Positions 20,319-30,181 of a DNA stretch of 64,000 nt are shown piece by piece (position 1 is the first letter of the stretch; each line of letters starts with the position of its first letter). This DNA is from Bacteroidia bacterium. Lineage in GTDB: Bacteria > Bacteroidota > Bacteroidia > B-17B0 > Aurantibacillaceae. The stretch spans positions 6,123 through 70,122 of the forward strand of contig JBIKKW010000001.1 in NCBI GenBank assembly GCA_044360115.1, in the 5' to 3' direction. A program made the translations under genes and the position numbers. The notes beneath the pieces were generated by a model. It saw only the letters and a program-made list of their open reading frames with translations. It was not told the DNA's origin and ran no database searches.

Positions 20319-21659
20319 ATGATGAACATCACCAAGAAAGATATCGATAGTTTAAATGCTGAGATCACCATCTCTGTTACTCCTATCGATTACGAACCAA
20401 AAGTTAAAGAAGGAATTAAAAAAGTACAACGTCAGGCTTCTATGCCGGGTTTCAGACCAGGTAAAGTTCCTGAAGGAATGATCAAAAAACAATACGGTAC
20501 GCAGATCATGGTAGATGAGATCAATAAATTATTGAATGATTCTATCTATAAATTCATTGAAGAAAATAAATTGGATATTTTAGGAAATCCATTACCTAAA
20601 CAAGAAACGCCGGTTGATTTTGAAAATCAAAAGGACTTTGAATTTACCTACCAAATTGGCTTGGCTCCGCAATTTGATGTTCAATTAAGCAACAGCGTAA
20701 GTTTTAACTACAAAACAGTTAAAATTGATGATGAGCTGGTTGAAAAATACGTGAAGGATGTAAGAAGAAACTATGGTAAGCCTGTAAATCCGGAAGTGGC
20801 AACTGATAAAGACGTTGTGTTTGTTGATATCAATGAGTTAGATGAAATAGGCGCCATTAAAGCCGGTGGTGTATACAAAAGCACCAGTATTGGTTTAGAT
20901 CGTATGAAGAACGAGCCTGCTAAAGCAAAATTAATTGGTGTTAAAAAAGAAGATAAGATCGTAGTAAATGCTAACGACCTTTACGAAACGGCTTTAGATA
21001 AAAGTGTTTCATTAGGTATTGATAAGGAAGTTGCTGAAAACTTTAACGCGAATTTACAATTAACTGTAAAAAACATTGCACGTTTAGAAGATGCAGAATT
21101 AGATCAGGATCTGTTTGACAAGATCTATGGTCCGGGCACAGTAACAACTGAAGAAGAATTCCGCAATAAGATCAAACATGAACTTGGTTTAATGTTCCAG
21201 GTAGATGCTGATCGTTTCTTACAACAGGAAATTGAAAAAACATTGGTTGAAAAATTAGGTTTAGCATTACCTGACTCGTTCTTAAAACGTTGGTTAATGG
21301 CGGTTAACGAAAAACCTATCTCTGAAGAGCAATTGGAAAAAGAATATCCAATGTATGCAAAATCAATGCAGTGGAAATTAATTGAGAACAAGATCATTAA
21401 AAACAATAACATTGTTGTAACGCCTGAAGAAGCTACTGATGAGGCAAAAGCTTATATCCGCTCGGAGTATGCAAAATACGGCCAACAAGCTGAAGAGGAA
21501 GAAGTAAATAAAATTGCAGCAACCTTATTAAGCAAAGAAAAAGAAGCTCAAAAAATATTTGAGAACATGTATACACGTAAAGTTCTTGAGCTTGTAAAAT
21601 CAACCTGCTCATTAAACACAAAAGAAGTGAGCTACGATGATTTCTTTAAGAACAACTAA
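20319..21659 (+). CDS. tig: Trigger factor
   Basis: Ribosome-binding signature MPGFRPGKVP; length and architecture of Bacteroidota trigger factor. Confidence 0.95.
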   Translation: MMNITKKDIDSLNAEITISVTPIDYEPKVKEGIKKVQRQASMPGFRPGKVPEGMIKKQYGTQIMVDEINKLLNDSIYKFIEENKLDILGNPLPKQETPVDFENQKDFEFTYQIGLAPQFDVQLSNSVSFNYKTVKIDDELVEKYVKDVRRNYGKPVNPEVATDKDVVFVDINELDEIGAIKAGGVYKSTSIGLDRMKNEPAKAKLIGVKKEDKIVVNANDLYETALDKSVSLGIDKEVAENFNANLQLTVKNIARLEDAELDQDLFDKIYGPGTVTTEEEFRNKIKHELGLMFQVDADRFLQQEIEKTLVEKLGLALPDSFLKRWLMAVNEKPISEEQLEKEYPMYAKSMQWKLIENKIIKNNNIVVTPEEATDEAKAYIRSEYAKYGQQAEEEEVNKIAATLLSKEKEAQKIFENMYTRKVLELVKSTCSLNTKEVSYDDFFKNN

Positions 21660-21684
21660 TTCTTAGTTCATACAATTTTAAAAG

Positions 21685-21708
21685 AGGGCGCTTTTGGTGC
21701 CCTTTTTT
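21685..21708 (+). terminator. Intrinsic terminator after tig
   Basis: AGGGCGC-TTTTG-GTGCCCT followed by a T-run. Confidence 0.8.
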
Positions 21709-21815
21709 ATTGCCCGTTTGTTGCCAACTAGCAAGGCATTTTAAATAACTTTAATTTGTTCATATCATTTGTAACTAAGTGGCCGTTTTGGGGTTATGTC
21801 CTTTATTTTTAACCT

Positions 21816-23549
21816 ATGTTATTTCGCCTTACACTGCTTTTTACTTTCGTTACATCTTTAAGTTTTGCTCAACTTAAAAAAGAGTATTACGACCTGGAGC
21901 AAACCCAACTAAAATCTGAGACCGATTATTACAAAGGCATGCCGCATGGCCCTTTTTACGAGTATTACAAAAACGGTAAAGTTGATCGCAAAGGGTTTTA
22001 CTATTATGGTAAAGAAGACAGTGTGTGGACATTTTATTACGACGATGGATCAGTTAAAGCCATGGAACGTTTTATGCGTGGTAAAAAATGGGGCACCAAT
22101 GTTTACAAATACAAAAACGGACAAACAGCACAAATTACAAAGTTTACCAATAACCAACCCGATAGTACCTGGGTGGCCTATCACGAAAACGGAAAAACAA
22201 AAAGTGTTGAGAATTTTGTGAATGGTAAAAAACAAGGCGAGTGGACCTACTACTTTGATCACGGCCAAATTGAAAGCAAAGGCGATTTTGAAAACGATAA
22301 AAAAGAAGGTCGCGTTTTTTTATACTATAAAGATGGCAAAATGCGCGGCACGCAAAATTACTGCGCCGGAAAGCCTTGTGGTAACTGGACAGAAGTGTAT
22401 GAGAACAATTCACCAAAGTTTGATAAATCATATAAGGATAGCACACTCTTACTCATAAACCTATGGGATCCAAAAGGCAACCAACTCGTAAGCAATGGTA
22501 ACGGCAGCATTACCGCTACCTATGATAATGGCATTATTCGCGCCATGGGCAAATACAAAGATGGCTTGCAAGATGGGCAATGGCGCTTCTTTCACCCTAA
22601 TGGTGAGTTAGATTATGAATGCGTTTATAATGCCGGAATATTAAATGGCTACTACTCCAGCTATTACCCAAATCACAAAGCTAAAAGCGAAGGTAACTTT
22701 ACAAACAATAAAAAAAATGGGGTGTGGAAATTTTACCGAACCGATGGAACACCTGAAATGATAGGCACTTTAACTGATGATCTACGTGAAGATAAATGGA
22801 CCTATTATTATACAAATGGCAAGGTTGAATACGAGGGCTATTACCTCAACGATAAAAAAACCGGCACATGGACCTACTTCTACCGTGGCGGACAGCAATG
22901 GCGCCAGGGCAATTACGAAAAGGATATTAAAACAGGTACTTGGACCACCTGGTTCGAGAACGGAAAAAAATTACAAGAAGGTAATTATGTAAATGGTAAA
23001 GAACATGGCGTGTGGATGAGCTGGTGGGATAATGGCGCTAAAAAAGATGAAGGTTCGTTCAACAGTGGCGTAATTGTAGGCGAGTGGAAAGGATGGTATA
23101 ACAATGGCAAATTAAATTACAGCGGAAAATATAATAGCATTGGAAAAAAGAACGGGAAATGGATGTACTGGCACGAAACCGGCCAACCACGCGAAGAGTG
23201 CGGTTATGTAAATGGTATTAAACACGGCTCTTATAAGCAGTGGTTTGATAAAGGGATGTTTGTTGATACGCAAGGCAAATACAAAAAAGGTCATCAGCAT
23301 GGCGAGTGGAAATACTTTTATGAAACCGGCGGAATTAACAAAATTCAACATTTTAAAAATGGCAAATTAAGCGGTAAATGTTTGAGCTATTATACCAATG
23401 CTAAGCTGCAAAGTGTTACCAATTACAAGATCATCAAGGATTTTAGAAAGGGTAAAGTGCAAAGTGTGGCAGATGGAGAGTGGGTTTTTTACGATAAAAG
23501 CGGAAAAGAGATAAGTCGAATAAACTACCACAATGGCGTAAGAAAATAA
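21816..23549 (+). CDS. MORN_2-repeat (YwqK-like) exported protein
   Basis: Signal peptide followed by many G.W..YY.NG...EG.Y repeats. Confidence 0.9.
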   Translation: MLFRLTLLFTFVTSLSFAQLKKEYYDLEQTQLKSETDYYKGMPHGPFYEYYKNGKVDRKGFYYYGKEDSVWTFYYDDGSVKAMERFMRGKKWGTNVYKYKNGQTAQITKFTNNQPDSTWVAYHENGKTKSVENFVNGKKQGEWTYYFDHGQIESKGDFENDKKEGRVFLYYKDGKMRGTQNYCAGKPCGNWTEVYENNSPKFDKSYKDSTLLLINLWDPKGNQLVSNGNGSITATYDNGIIRAMGKYKDGLQDGQWRFFHPNGELDYECVYNAGILNGYYSSYYPNHKAKSEGNFTNNKKNGVWKFYRTDGTPEMIGTLTDDLREDKWTYYYTNGKVEYEGYYLNDKKTGTWTYFYRGGQQWRQGNYEKDIKTGTWTTWFENGKKLQEGNYVNGKEHGVWMSWWDNGAKKDEGSFNSGVIVGEWKGWYNNGKLNYSGKYNSIGKKNGKWMYWHETGQPREECGYVNGIKHGSYKQWFDKGMFVDTQGKYKKGHQHGEWKYFYETGGINKIQHFKNGKLSGKCLSYYTNAKLQSVTNYKIIKDFRKGKVQSVADGEWVFYDKSGKEISRINYHNGVRK

Positions 23550-23559
23550 AAATTTTGCT

Positions 23560-23567
23560 TACATTTG
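23560..23567 (+). promoter_or_regulatory. -7 promoter box
   Basis: TACATTTG, an exact TAnnTTTG match, 10 nt before the ATG at 23578. Confidence 0.6.
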
Positions 23568-23577
23568 TTTCATATTT

Positions 23578-24423
23578 ATGATCAAAGATCTCATCAAAAT
23601 ATCTCTTATTGTTGTAACCACTTTGTTTTTATCGTGTGATACGAGTGAAAAACCCGATGAATTTGTTGAAATAAAGAACGACAGCACCGTTATTAAAGCG
23701 GTTGAAAAAACCAAGCAAAGTGCTGAACACGTATTTAATTCATTACCCGACAGAGGTGAGATCTTAAAACTTGTTGCAGAGAATAAACTTGAATACGACA
23801 CTGAGATCTTAAATCAACCCGACTTTGTAAAAAATTATAATACCGAATTATATATTGCTTTGAACTTAGGTGTTTACGGCTCCGATCTGAGTGTAGCAAA
23901 CGTTTTTGATCAAACACAAGAAAGCATTTTATTCTTAAAATGCGTAAATGCATTGGCCGGAAGATTAGGTGTAAATAGCGCTTTCGATCAGTCTATGTTC
24001 GATCGAATGGATGCGCAGCGCGATAATAAAGATTCACTTCTTCAAATTATTACTGTGGCATTTCGTCAAACGGATGAAATATTAAAAGCCAATAACCGCC
24101 CTGCAACTTCTTCATTAATTATTGCCGGTGTTTGGATCGAAGGATTTTACACATCATGTCAAATTGCTAAAAAAACACCTTCTGAAGGCATTGTAAAAGC
24201 AATTATCAAACATAAAGAAACACTTGATAACATTATTGTTCTATTAGGTCAATCAAACCTTAACAAAGATGCCATGTTTGTCTTAAATGATCTGGTAACA
24301 ATTTCGGGTATCATGAGCGACATCATTGCGCAACGCAGCGATCTTAAATATGTTTATGAAACCATTGCTCCGGCCGATGAAGCGGTAACCCGTTTAAGGA
24401 ACAAGGTTGTAAGCGCCTCTTAA
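23578..24423 (+). CDS. Hypothetical lipoprotein
   Basis: Lipobox FLSC; ALNLGVYGSDL motif; all-helical. Confidence 0.8.
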   Translation: MIKDLIKISLIVVTTLFLSCDTSEKPDEFVEIKNDSTVIKAVEKTKQSAEHVFNSLPDRGEILKLVAENKLEYDTEILNQPDFVKNYNTELYIALNLGVYGSDLSVANVFDQTQESILFLKCVNALAGRLGVNSAFDQSMFDRMDAQRDNKDSLLQIITVAFRQTDEILKANNRPATSSLIIAGVWIEGFYTSCQIAKKTPSEGIVKAIIKHKETLDNIIVLLGQSNLNKDAMFVLNDLVTISGIMSDIIAQRSDLKYVYETIAPADEAVTRLRNKVVSAS

Positions 24424-24478
24424 TTTTAGTATTTTTTAAGCCCCTATCTTTAGCATTTCTTATTAACTTTGGGTTTCT

Positions 24479-26032
24479 ATGACCAAAAAGCATCTGATCT
24501 TTATTACCGTTTTGTTCTCTGTGGCATTAGCCACATTGATCATCATTCAGGTTTATTGGATCAGGAGCGATTTTAAGGTAAAGGAAGAAGTATTTGAGCA
24601 AAAGGTAAACGAAGCCTTAAACATTACCGCTCAAAAACTGGAAAAACAAGATGCAAACTACGGTTACAAAAAAATAAAGATCAAAAGTCAAGGGGTACTC
24701 AATTCACCCATCATTAAAGGAAAAAACGAAGGGTCGCTGAATTTTAAATTTTCGCAAGAACTTTCCATCGATAGTAACGGAAAAAAATCGTTCAGATATA
24801 TTTCAAAAGATATCATTGGCGACTCGCTAAAATCAAACCCTTATTTCTCGGCGTTTTTAAACAGTATTAAATCATCTAAAAACAGTTTAATGACCGATTT
24901 TAATGATCTGGTAAGTTCTTCAAAAATTGGTGCCGATTTTTTTAAGTCTGAACAATCCTTCGATTCATACAACAACTATAAGCAAACCATTGATACTTCT
25001 GCCGTTGATTCGTTATTAAAATTAGAGTTAGGCAACAATGGTGTTAATGCAAAATATAAATTTTATATCACCAATCTTTTTCCCGGCAGTCATAATCAAA
25101 CCAATTTGCAGTTTGCCGAAGTGGATGTTGATTCTATAGGTGTGCACTACAAAGTATCACTTTCTCCCAACAACACATTTATTGATCAAAACTATCTGAT
25201 CGTTCAGTTCCCTAATCAACAACGCGATATTTTTAAAGGTATGTATCCCTTGCTCATCATGTCGGTTGTAGTTATCCTTATTTTCGTTTTCTCTTTTTAT
25301 TACATATTATCATCCAACCTCAAACAAAAAAAATTATCTACCATTAAAAATGATTTTATCAGTAACATGACGCATGAGTTTAAAACGCCCATCAGCACCA
25401 TATCATTGGCAAGCGAAATGTTAAGCGATTCGAGCATTAGCCAAACGCCCGAAAAACAAAACCGGTATTTAAAAATGATACGCGATGAAAATAAACGCTT
25501 AAGTGTATTGGTTGAAAGTATCTTGCAAACATCTATTTTAGATAAAGGTGAATTTAAATTAAAGCTTACCGAAATTGACATTCACGAGATCATAAATACA
25601 GCCATAAATAACACACAGTTACTTATTAGCCAAAAAGGCGGAACCATTAACACGGTTTTAACGGCGCAACGTTATAAGTTAATGGCCGATAAGGTGCATT
25701 TAACCAACATTGTGTTTAACTTGATTGATAATGCCATAAAATACACGGTTGGCGTGCCGGAAATTACTGTAAAGACAGAAAACACCGAAAATGGCATAAA
25801 AATTTCGGTAAAAGATAACGGTATAGGTATTAGTAAAGAAAACCAACGTAAGATATTTGATAAATTTTACCGGGTACCTACCGGAAATGTACATAATGTA
25901 AAAGGCTTTGGCCTTGGATTATCTTACGTTTTAGCGGTGGTAGAAAAGCACAACGGAACCGTTGATGTTCAAAGCGAATTGGGAAAAGGAAGCACCTTTA
26001 TGATCACCATCCCTTTTGAAAATAAATGTTAA
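24479..26032 (+). CDS. rprX: Sensor histidine kinase RprX-like
   Basis: Two TM helices, FISNMTHEFKTP, NLIDNAIKY, DNGIG, GFGLGL; adjacent to rprY. Confidence 0.88.
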   Translation: MTKKHLIFITVLFSVALATLIIIQVYWIRSDFKVKEEVFEQKVNEALNITAQKLEKQDANYGYKKIKIKSQGVLNSPIIKGKNEGSLNFKFSQELSIDSNGKKSFRYISKDIIGDSLKSNPYFSAFLNSIKSSKNSLMTDFNDLVSSSKIGADFFKSEQSFDSYNNYKQTIDTSAVDSLLKLELGNNGVNAKYKFYITNLFPGSHNQTNLQFAEVDVDSIGVHYKVSLSPNNTFIDQNYLIVQFPNQQRDIFKGMYPLLIMSVVVILIFVFSFYYILSSNLKQKKLSTIKNDFISNMTHEFKTPISTISLASEMLSDSSISQTPEKQNRYLKMIRDENKRLSVLVESILQTSILDKGEFKLKLTEIDIHEIINTAINNTQLLISQKGGTINTVLTAQRYKLMADKVHLTNIVFNLIDNAIKYTVGVPEITVKTENTENGIKISVKDNGIGISKENQRKIFDKFYRVPTGNVHNVKGFGLGLSYVLAVVEKHNGTVDVQSELGKGSTFMITIPFENKC

Positions 26033-26082
26033 ATGTTAAAATTTGGCACATTTTTGGATTACCTTTAGTTAAAATTTAACAA

Positions 26083-26793
26083 TTGGAAATTATGGAAAAT
26101 GTTAAAACCAAGATATTGCTTGTTGAAGACGACCCAAGTTTGGGACCTTTATTGCAAGAATATTTAGATGCAAAGGGCTTTGAAACGAAATTAGCTGAAG
26201 ATGGACAGAAAGGCTCTGAACTGTTTTTTAAAGGCACTTATGATCTGCTATTATTAGATGTGATGATGCCGGTAAAAGATGGTATTACCTTGGCAAAAGA
26301 AATTCGCTTGAGCGATAAGCATACACCTATTATCTTTTTAACTGCTAAAAGCATGAAAGAGGATACTATTGAAGGTTTTAACGCCGGAGCGGATGACTAT
26401 ATTACCAAGCCATTTAGTATGGAAGAGCTTTTAGCTCGTGTGAACGCTGTTTTAAGACGTAGTAATAAAACTCGTTCAACCGATAGCGAAGAGGTTAATT
26501 TTAAAATTGGTAATTACAATTTTAATTCCGAAAAACAATTATTGCAATTGAGCGGAAACGAACAAAAATTAACTACCAAAGAAAGTCAGTTATTGCGCTT
26601 GCTTTGTGTGCATAAGAATGATGTATTAGACAGAAGCTTTGCATTAAAATCTATTTGGCAAGATGACAACTATTTTAACGGCCGTAGTATGGATGTTTAC
26701 ATTGCCAAACTGCGTAAGTATTTAAAAGATGATAGTAAAGTTGAGATCATCAACATTCACGGTAAAGGATTTAAATTACTCGTGAACAATTAA
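26083..26793 (+). CDS. rprY: OmpR-family response regulator RprY
   Basis: VEDD, DVMMP..DG, FLTAK, GADDYITKPFSMEEL, winged-helix RSMDVYIAKLRKYL. Confidence 0.92.
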   Translation: MEIMENVKTKILLVEDDPSLGPLLQEYLDAKGFETKLAEDGQKGSELFFKGTYDLLLLDVMMPVKDGITLAKEIRLSDKHTPIIFLTAKSMKEDTIEGFNAGADDYITKPFSMEELLARVNAVLRRSNKTRSTDSEEVNFKIGNYNFNSEKQLLQLSGNEQKLTTKESQLLRLLCVHKNDVLDRSFALKSIWQDDNYFNGRSMDVYIAKLRKYLKDDSKVEIINIHGKGFKLLVNN

Positions 26794-26796
26794 ACT

Positions 26797-26827
26797 AAAA
26801 AGACCCGCATTAGCGGGTCTTTTTTTT
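26797..26827. terminator. Bidirectional intrinsic terminator
   Basis: AAAAAGACCCGC-ATTA-GCGGGTCTTTTT between convergent genes. Confidence 0.9.
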
Positions 26828-26842
26828 GAAATATGCTTCAGT

Positions 26843-27376
26843 TTAATTTTGCTTCAAAGGAATATAGGTCTTCTCATTCTCTATCACAATGTGTCCTTGG
26901 TCTTTTAAGCCTTCTATGACCTCGTAAAACACATCCTGGATCATTTTCTTGTCTGTTTTCCAAAAGTGCATTACAGCGGCTTTAATGGTGTCTTCTATGC
27001 GTTCAATTTTATTGAACGATATACGTCCTAAATAAAACAAGGTTAATTCCGATTTTAATGCCATACGCTCCTCATCCTGCTTTGGCTGAGGCGTGCGAAC
27101 CTTCTCTGCTTTCTGAATTTCTTTTTTAACTTCATTCAACCGCTGAACTGCCCAGCCAGAGCCATTTGTAAGGGTACCAAAAGAAAACTTCATTTGATAT
27201 TTTTTTTCGATGTACCTGATCAGTGCGCTGGGCGCGGCTTTGCGGTTCCAGTCTTTCTTCTCTATTAACAGGCCTTCGCCCTCTTTTAAATTGATCAATG
27301 AATTAAATACGATCGAACTACGACCTTTCCCTTTTATAGGGAGTTGAGCGAACTCTTCGGCACTTAATTTTTTCAT
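26843..27376 (-). CDS. Hypothetical cytoplasmic protein
   Basis: 177-aa ORF with no recognised family. Confidence 0.75.
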   Translation of the reverse strand: MKKLSAEEFAQLPIKGKGRSSIVFNSLINLKEGEGLLIEKKDWNRKAAPSALIRYIEKKYQMKFSFGTLTNGSGWAVQRLNEVKKEIQKAEKVRTPQPKQDEERMALKSELTLFYLGRISFNKIERIEDTIKAAVMHFWKTDKKMIQDVFYEVIEGLKDQGHIVIENEKTYIPLKQN

Positions 27377-27617
27377 ATTGGTTAATTAGTTGTTAATAAC
27401 TTTCGTAAAAATATGAAAAATATATTGAATAACAACTCTTTAAGTGAAATTACTTAAACTAGCTGCTTTTTAAGTGAAAAACGAATGTATTAAACCGCAA
27501 GAAATGTTCTGTTCAATCATCCTTTAATCATTGTTTAATCATTCATTAACTACCCTTTAAGACAATTATTGTATTAATAATCAATTATTTACATTTAATT
27601 CGCTTACTTAATTCCAT

Positions 27618-27644
27618 AAAAAAAGGGTCAAAACTGACCCTTTT
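27618..27644 (-). terminator. Intrinsic terminator after mscL
   Basis: Minus strand reads AAAGGGTCA-GTTT-TGACCCTTT followed by a T-run. Confidence 0.88.
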
Positions 27645-27665
27645 CAAATTTAAGTTGCCTATGTT

Positions 27666-28049
27666 TTACTTTTTTAAGGCGTCGCGTATCTCCATTAATA
27701 ATTTTTCCTGATTACTTGGTTCAGCAGGTGGTGCCGGTTTGCTTTCTTCCTTGTGTTTAGCGGCATTGATGGCTTTTACCACCATAAATAACGCAAATGC
27801 CACGATCATGAATGAAATACAGGTTGATAAAAAATTACCGTATTTGATCGCTGTGCCAGGAATAGCAAGGTCTGCCAAGTTTGTAAGGTGTGCCGCTTTT
27901 AATGCAGGTGTTAACACTGCGGGTGTGATCACATCATCCACCAATGAATTGATTATTTTACTGAATGCGCCGCCAATTACCACACCTATAGCGAGGTCTA
28001 CTACATTGCCACGCATGGCAAACGATTTAAATTCTGATAAAAATCCCAT
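27666..28049 (-). CDS. mscL: Large-conductance mechanosensitive channel
   Basis: EFKSFAMRGNVVDLAIGVVIGGAF...LLMEIRDALK. Confidence 0.97.
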   Translation of the reverse strand: MGFLSEFKSFAMRGNVVDLAIGVVIGGAFSKIINSLVDDVITPAVLTPALKAAHLTNLADLAIPGTAIKYGNFLSTCISFMIVAFALFMVVKAINAAKHKEESKPAPPAEPSNQEKLLMEIRDALKK

Positions 28050-28066
28050 GTTTTTTGTTTTTGTCT

Positions 28067-29071
28067 TTAATTATCTCCTAATACTTTTAATAACTCATCT
28101 AACTTAGGTGTTAAGATGATCTCTGTTCTTCTGTTCTTCTTTCTTGCTTCCGGTGTTTTTGCCGGATCAAGCGGGAAGAATTCGCCACGACCTGCAGAGG
28201 TAATTCGTTTTGCATCAATTTTAGCGCTTCCTAACATGATCTTTGTTACAGATGTGGCACGCATTACACTTAAGTCCCAGTTATCCTTGATCTCACCTGC
28301 ACCATTCATCGGCACATCATCGGTGTGGCCTTCAACCATTACGTTGATATCTGTATTTTGCTCCAATACTTTTGCTACATTCTTCAACGCTTCAACGCCT
28401 TTAGGTTGTACGTTGGTCTTTCCACTGGCAAATAGTAAATTCTCATCCATGCTCACATATATCTTTCCGTTCTTTTGAGTGATGGTCAATCCTTTTCCTT
28501 CAAAGCCTAATAAAGCATCTTGTAATTTTTTCTTAAGATCAGCAGCTGCTTGGTCTTTTTGCTTTAAAATAGCCTCTAATTCATTCACACGAGCCTCACG
28601 AGCCTTTAATTGTGCGGCAAGGTCATCTAACTCCTTTTTCTGCAATAATAGCTTTGCTTCCAATAATTTTAGCTCATCCTGCTTTTTTAATAATTGCTCT
28701 TGGGTCATTTGAAGATCGCCACTTAATTTCGCGTTATCTTTTTCACTTCCGGCCAATAGCTTATTTAAACGATCCATTAATTGATTGTTCAACACATCTA
28801 ACTTGTCATACTTTTGTGTTAAGTTTCTATAATTACTGCTTATGATCGCCGTATCGCGTCTTAAACCATCTAATGCTTTCAGATCTTTAGCGTATTGCTC
28901 CTTGGTTTCAGCTAATTTGCTCTCTGCATCCTGACGGCCTTTTTTAGCATCTGCCGATTCCGTTTCACATTTCGCTAATTTCTCTTTGTTCTCATCTAAT
29001 AATCTTGCCGGTACACAAGCGCTTAAAGCCAGTGCCGCAATTATAAATCCTTTATTGATCGTTTTCATCAT
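28067..29071 (-). CDS. OmpA/MotB-family lipoprotein with coiled coil
   Basis: Lipobox LSAC, long coiled coil, LLFASG...VEGHTDD...NWDLSVMRA...NRRTEI. Confidence 0.9.
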   Translation of the reverse strand: MMKTINKGFIIAALALSACVPARLLDENKEKLAKCETESADAKKGRQDAESKLAETKEQYAKDLKALDGLRRDTAIISSNYRNLTQKYDKLDVLNNQLMDRLNKLLAGSEKDNAKLSGDLQMTQEQLLKKQDELKLLEAKLLLQKKELDDLAAQLKAREARVNELEAILKQKDQAAADLKKKLQDALLGFEGKGLTITQKNGKIYVSMDENLLFASGKTNVQPKGVEALKNVAKVLEQNTDINVMVEGHTDDVPMNGAGEIKDNWDLSVMRATSVTKIMLGSAKIDAKRITSAGRGEFFPLDPAKTPEARKKNRRTEIILTPKLDELLKVLGDN

Positions 29072-29154
29072 TTAATATTTACTCAAATTTATTTAAAACC
29101 CACTGATGCTAATTGTTAAGGTTAACTGTATTATCAACAAGCACAGTGTTGGTA

Positions 29155-29526
29155 TTATTCGTTTAGCTTTCCAATTGCGGTTAGTTTTTTCTCAAAAGTG
29201 TAAGCGATCAAATTAGCGCGCTGCATTGCCAACTCTGCCTTTGGGCCTTCATATTTACTTTTGATGTTGTTTTCGAAATACGATAACCAAATGCCAAAAT
29301 GTTCTTTCTTAATACCCAAATTCACATGCTTATCAAACACATTGGTGGTGTAGCCGGCCTCATCTAACAAAACAAAACTCCAAAACGCGATCATGTGAGG
29401 CATATGCTTTTCAAAATCGGTATTTGCAAAAACCGGTTTAATGTCTTCGTTCGTGAGTAAGGATGCATAAAACGACCGGATCATCTCCTCTATTCGTTCT
29501 TTATTATCCAGGTCGGGCTTTAGCAT
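29155..29526 (-). CDS. Group III truncated hemoglobin
   Basis: FYASL...IKPVF...HMPHMIAFW...H...HFGIWL..F pattern. Confidence 0.88.
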   Translation of the reverse strand: MLKPDLDNKERIEEMIRSFYASLLTNEDIKPVFANTDFEKHMPHMIAFWSFVLLDEAGYTTNVFDKHVNLGIKKEHFGIWLSYFENNIKSKYEGPKAELAMQRANLIAYTFEKKLTAIGKLNE

Positions 29527-29527
29527 G

Positions 29528-30172
29528 TTAATAGTGTTGGATGTTATCGCTTTCTATGATTTGAAAGCCTTTGCTAGTTATGTTACACACCTCGTCGATC
29601 ATGCATTTGGCAATTTGTCTGGCGTGAACACCTTTGTATTTCTTAAGTGAACCGATCATTAAAAAACCAAGTGCGTTCATTAAGATAATGCCGATCTTTT
29701 CCCCTAATCTGAATTCTTTTCGATCGCCCAAAATAAAGGAAGGACGAGCCACAACAGCCTTTTCAAAATTCAATGCTTTCAGTTTTTCTTCTAATTCACC
29801 TTTAACGCGTAAATAAAAATTACCGCTTTTTGCATTCGCGCCAATAGAACTCACATGTGCTAATTTATTCACACCATTAGCTTTGGCAAGTTGTGCCGTT
29901 TCAAAATTATAGGTGAGATCGATCTTGTACTGCGCCTCTTTGCTGCCTGCTTTTTTTAGTGTGGTTCCTAAAGCGCAAAACAATACATCGCCTTTAATAA
30001 GTGAAGGATCAAGCTGATCAAAATTTGCAATAACATAATTGATCTTGCTTGACTGAAGGGTGCCCGGTTTGCGAACCAGGGCGGAGACAGAAGTAAACCG
30101 AGGATCTTTATCAAGCAACTGCAACAAGTGCTCGCCTACTAATCCGGTTGAGCCTATTACAATTGCTTTCAT
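29528..30172 (-). CDS. NAD(P)-binding oxidoreductase (YraR/HTATIP2-like atypical SDR)
   Basis: GSTGLVG, FCALGTT, SSIGANA, YLRVKGELE, RPSFILG. Confidence 0.88.
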   Translation of the reverse strand: MKAIVIGSTGLVGEHLLQLLDKDPRFTSVSALVRKPGTLQSSKINYVIANFDQLDPSLIKGDVLFCALGTTLKKAGSKEAQYKIDLTYNFETAQLAKANGVNKLAHVSSIGANAKSGNFYLRVKGELEEKLKALNFEKAVVARPSFILGDRKEFRLGEKIGIILMNALGFLMIGSLKKYKGVHARQIAKCMIDEVCNITSKGFQIIESDNIQHY

Positions 30173-30181
30173 GGTGTTTAA

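Noticed and set aside
21660-23549. tig not followed by clpP/clpX; MORN/YwqK protein as a possible antitoxin
   Set aside because: Gene-order change only; the protein has a signal peptide and no adjacent toxin.
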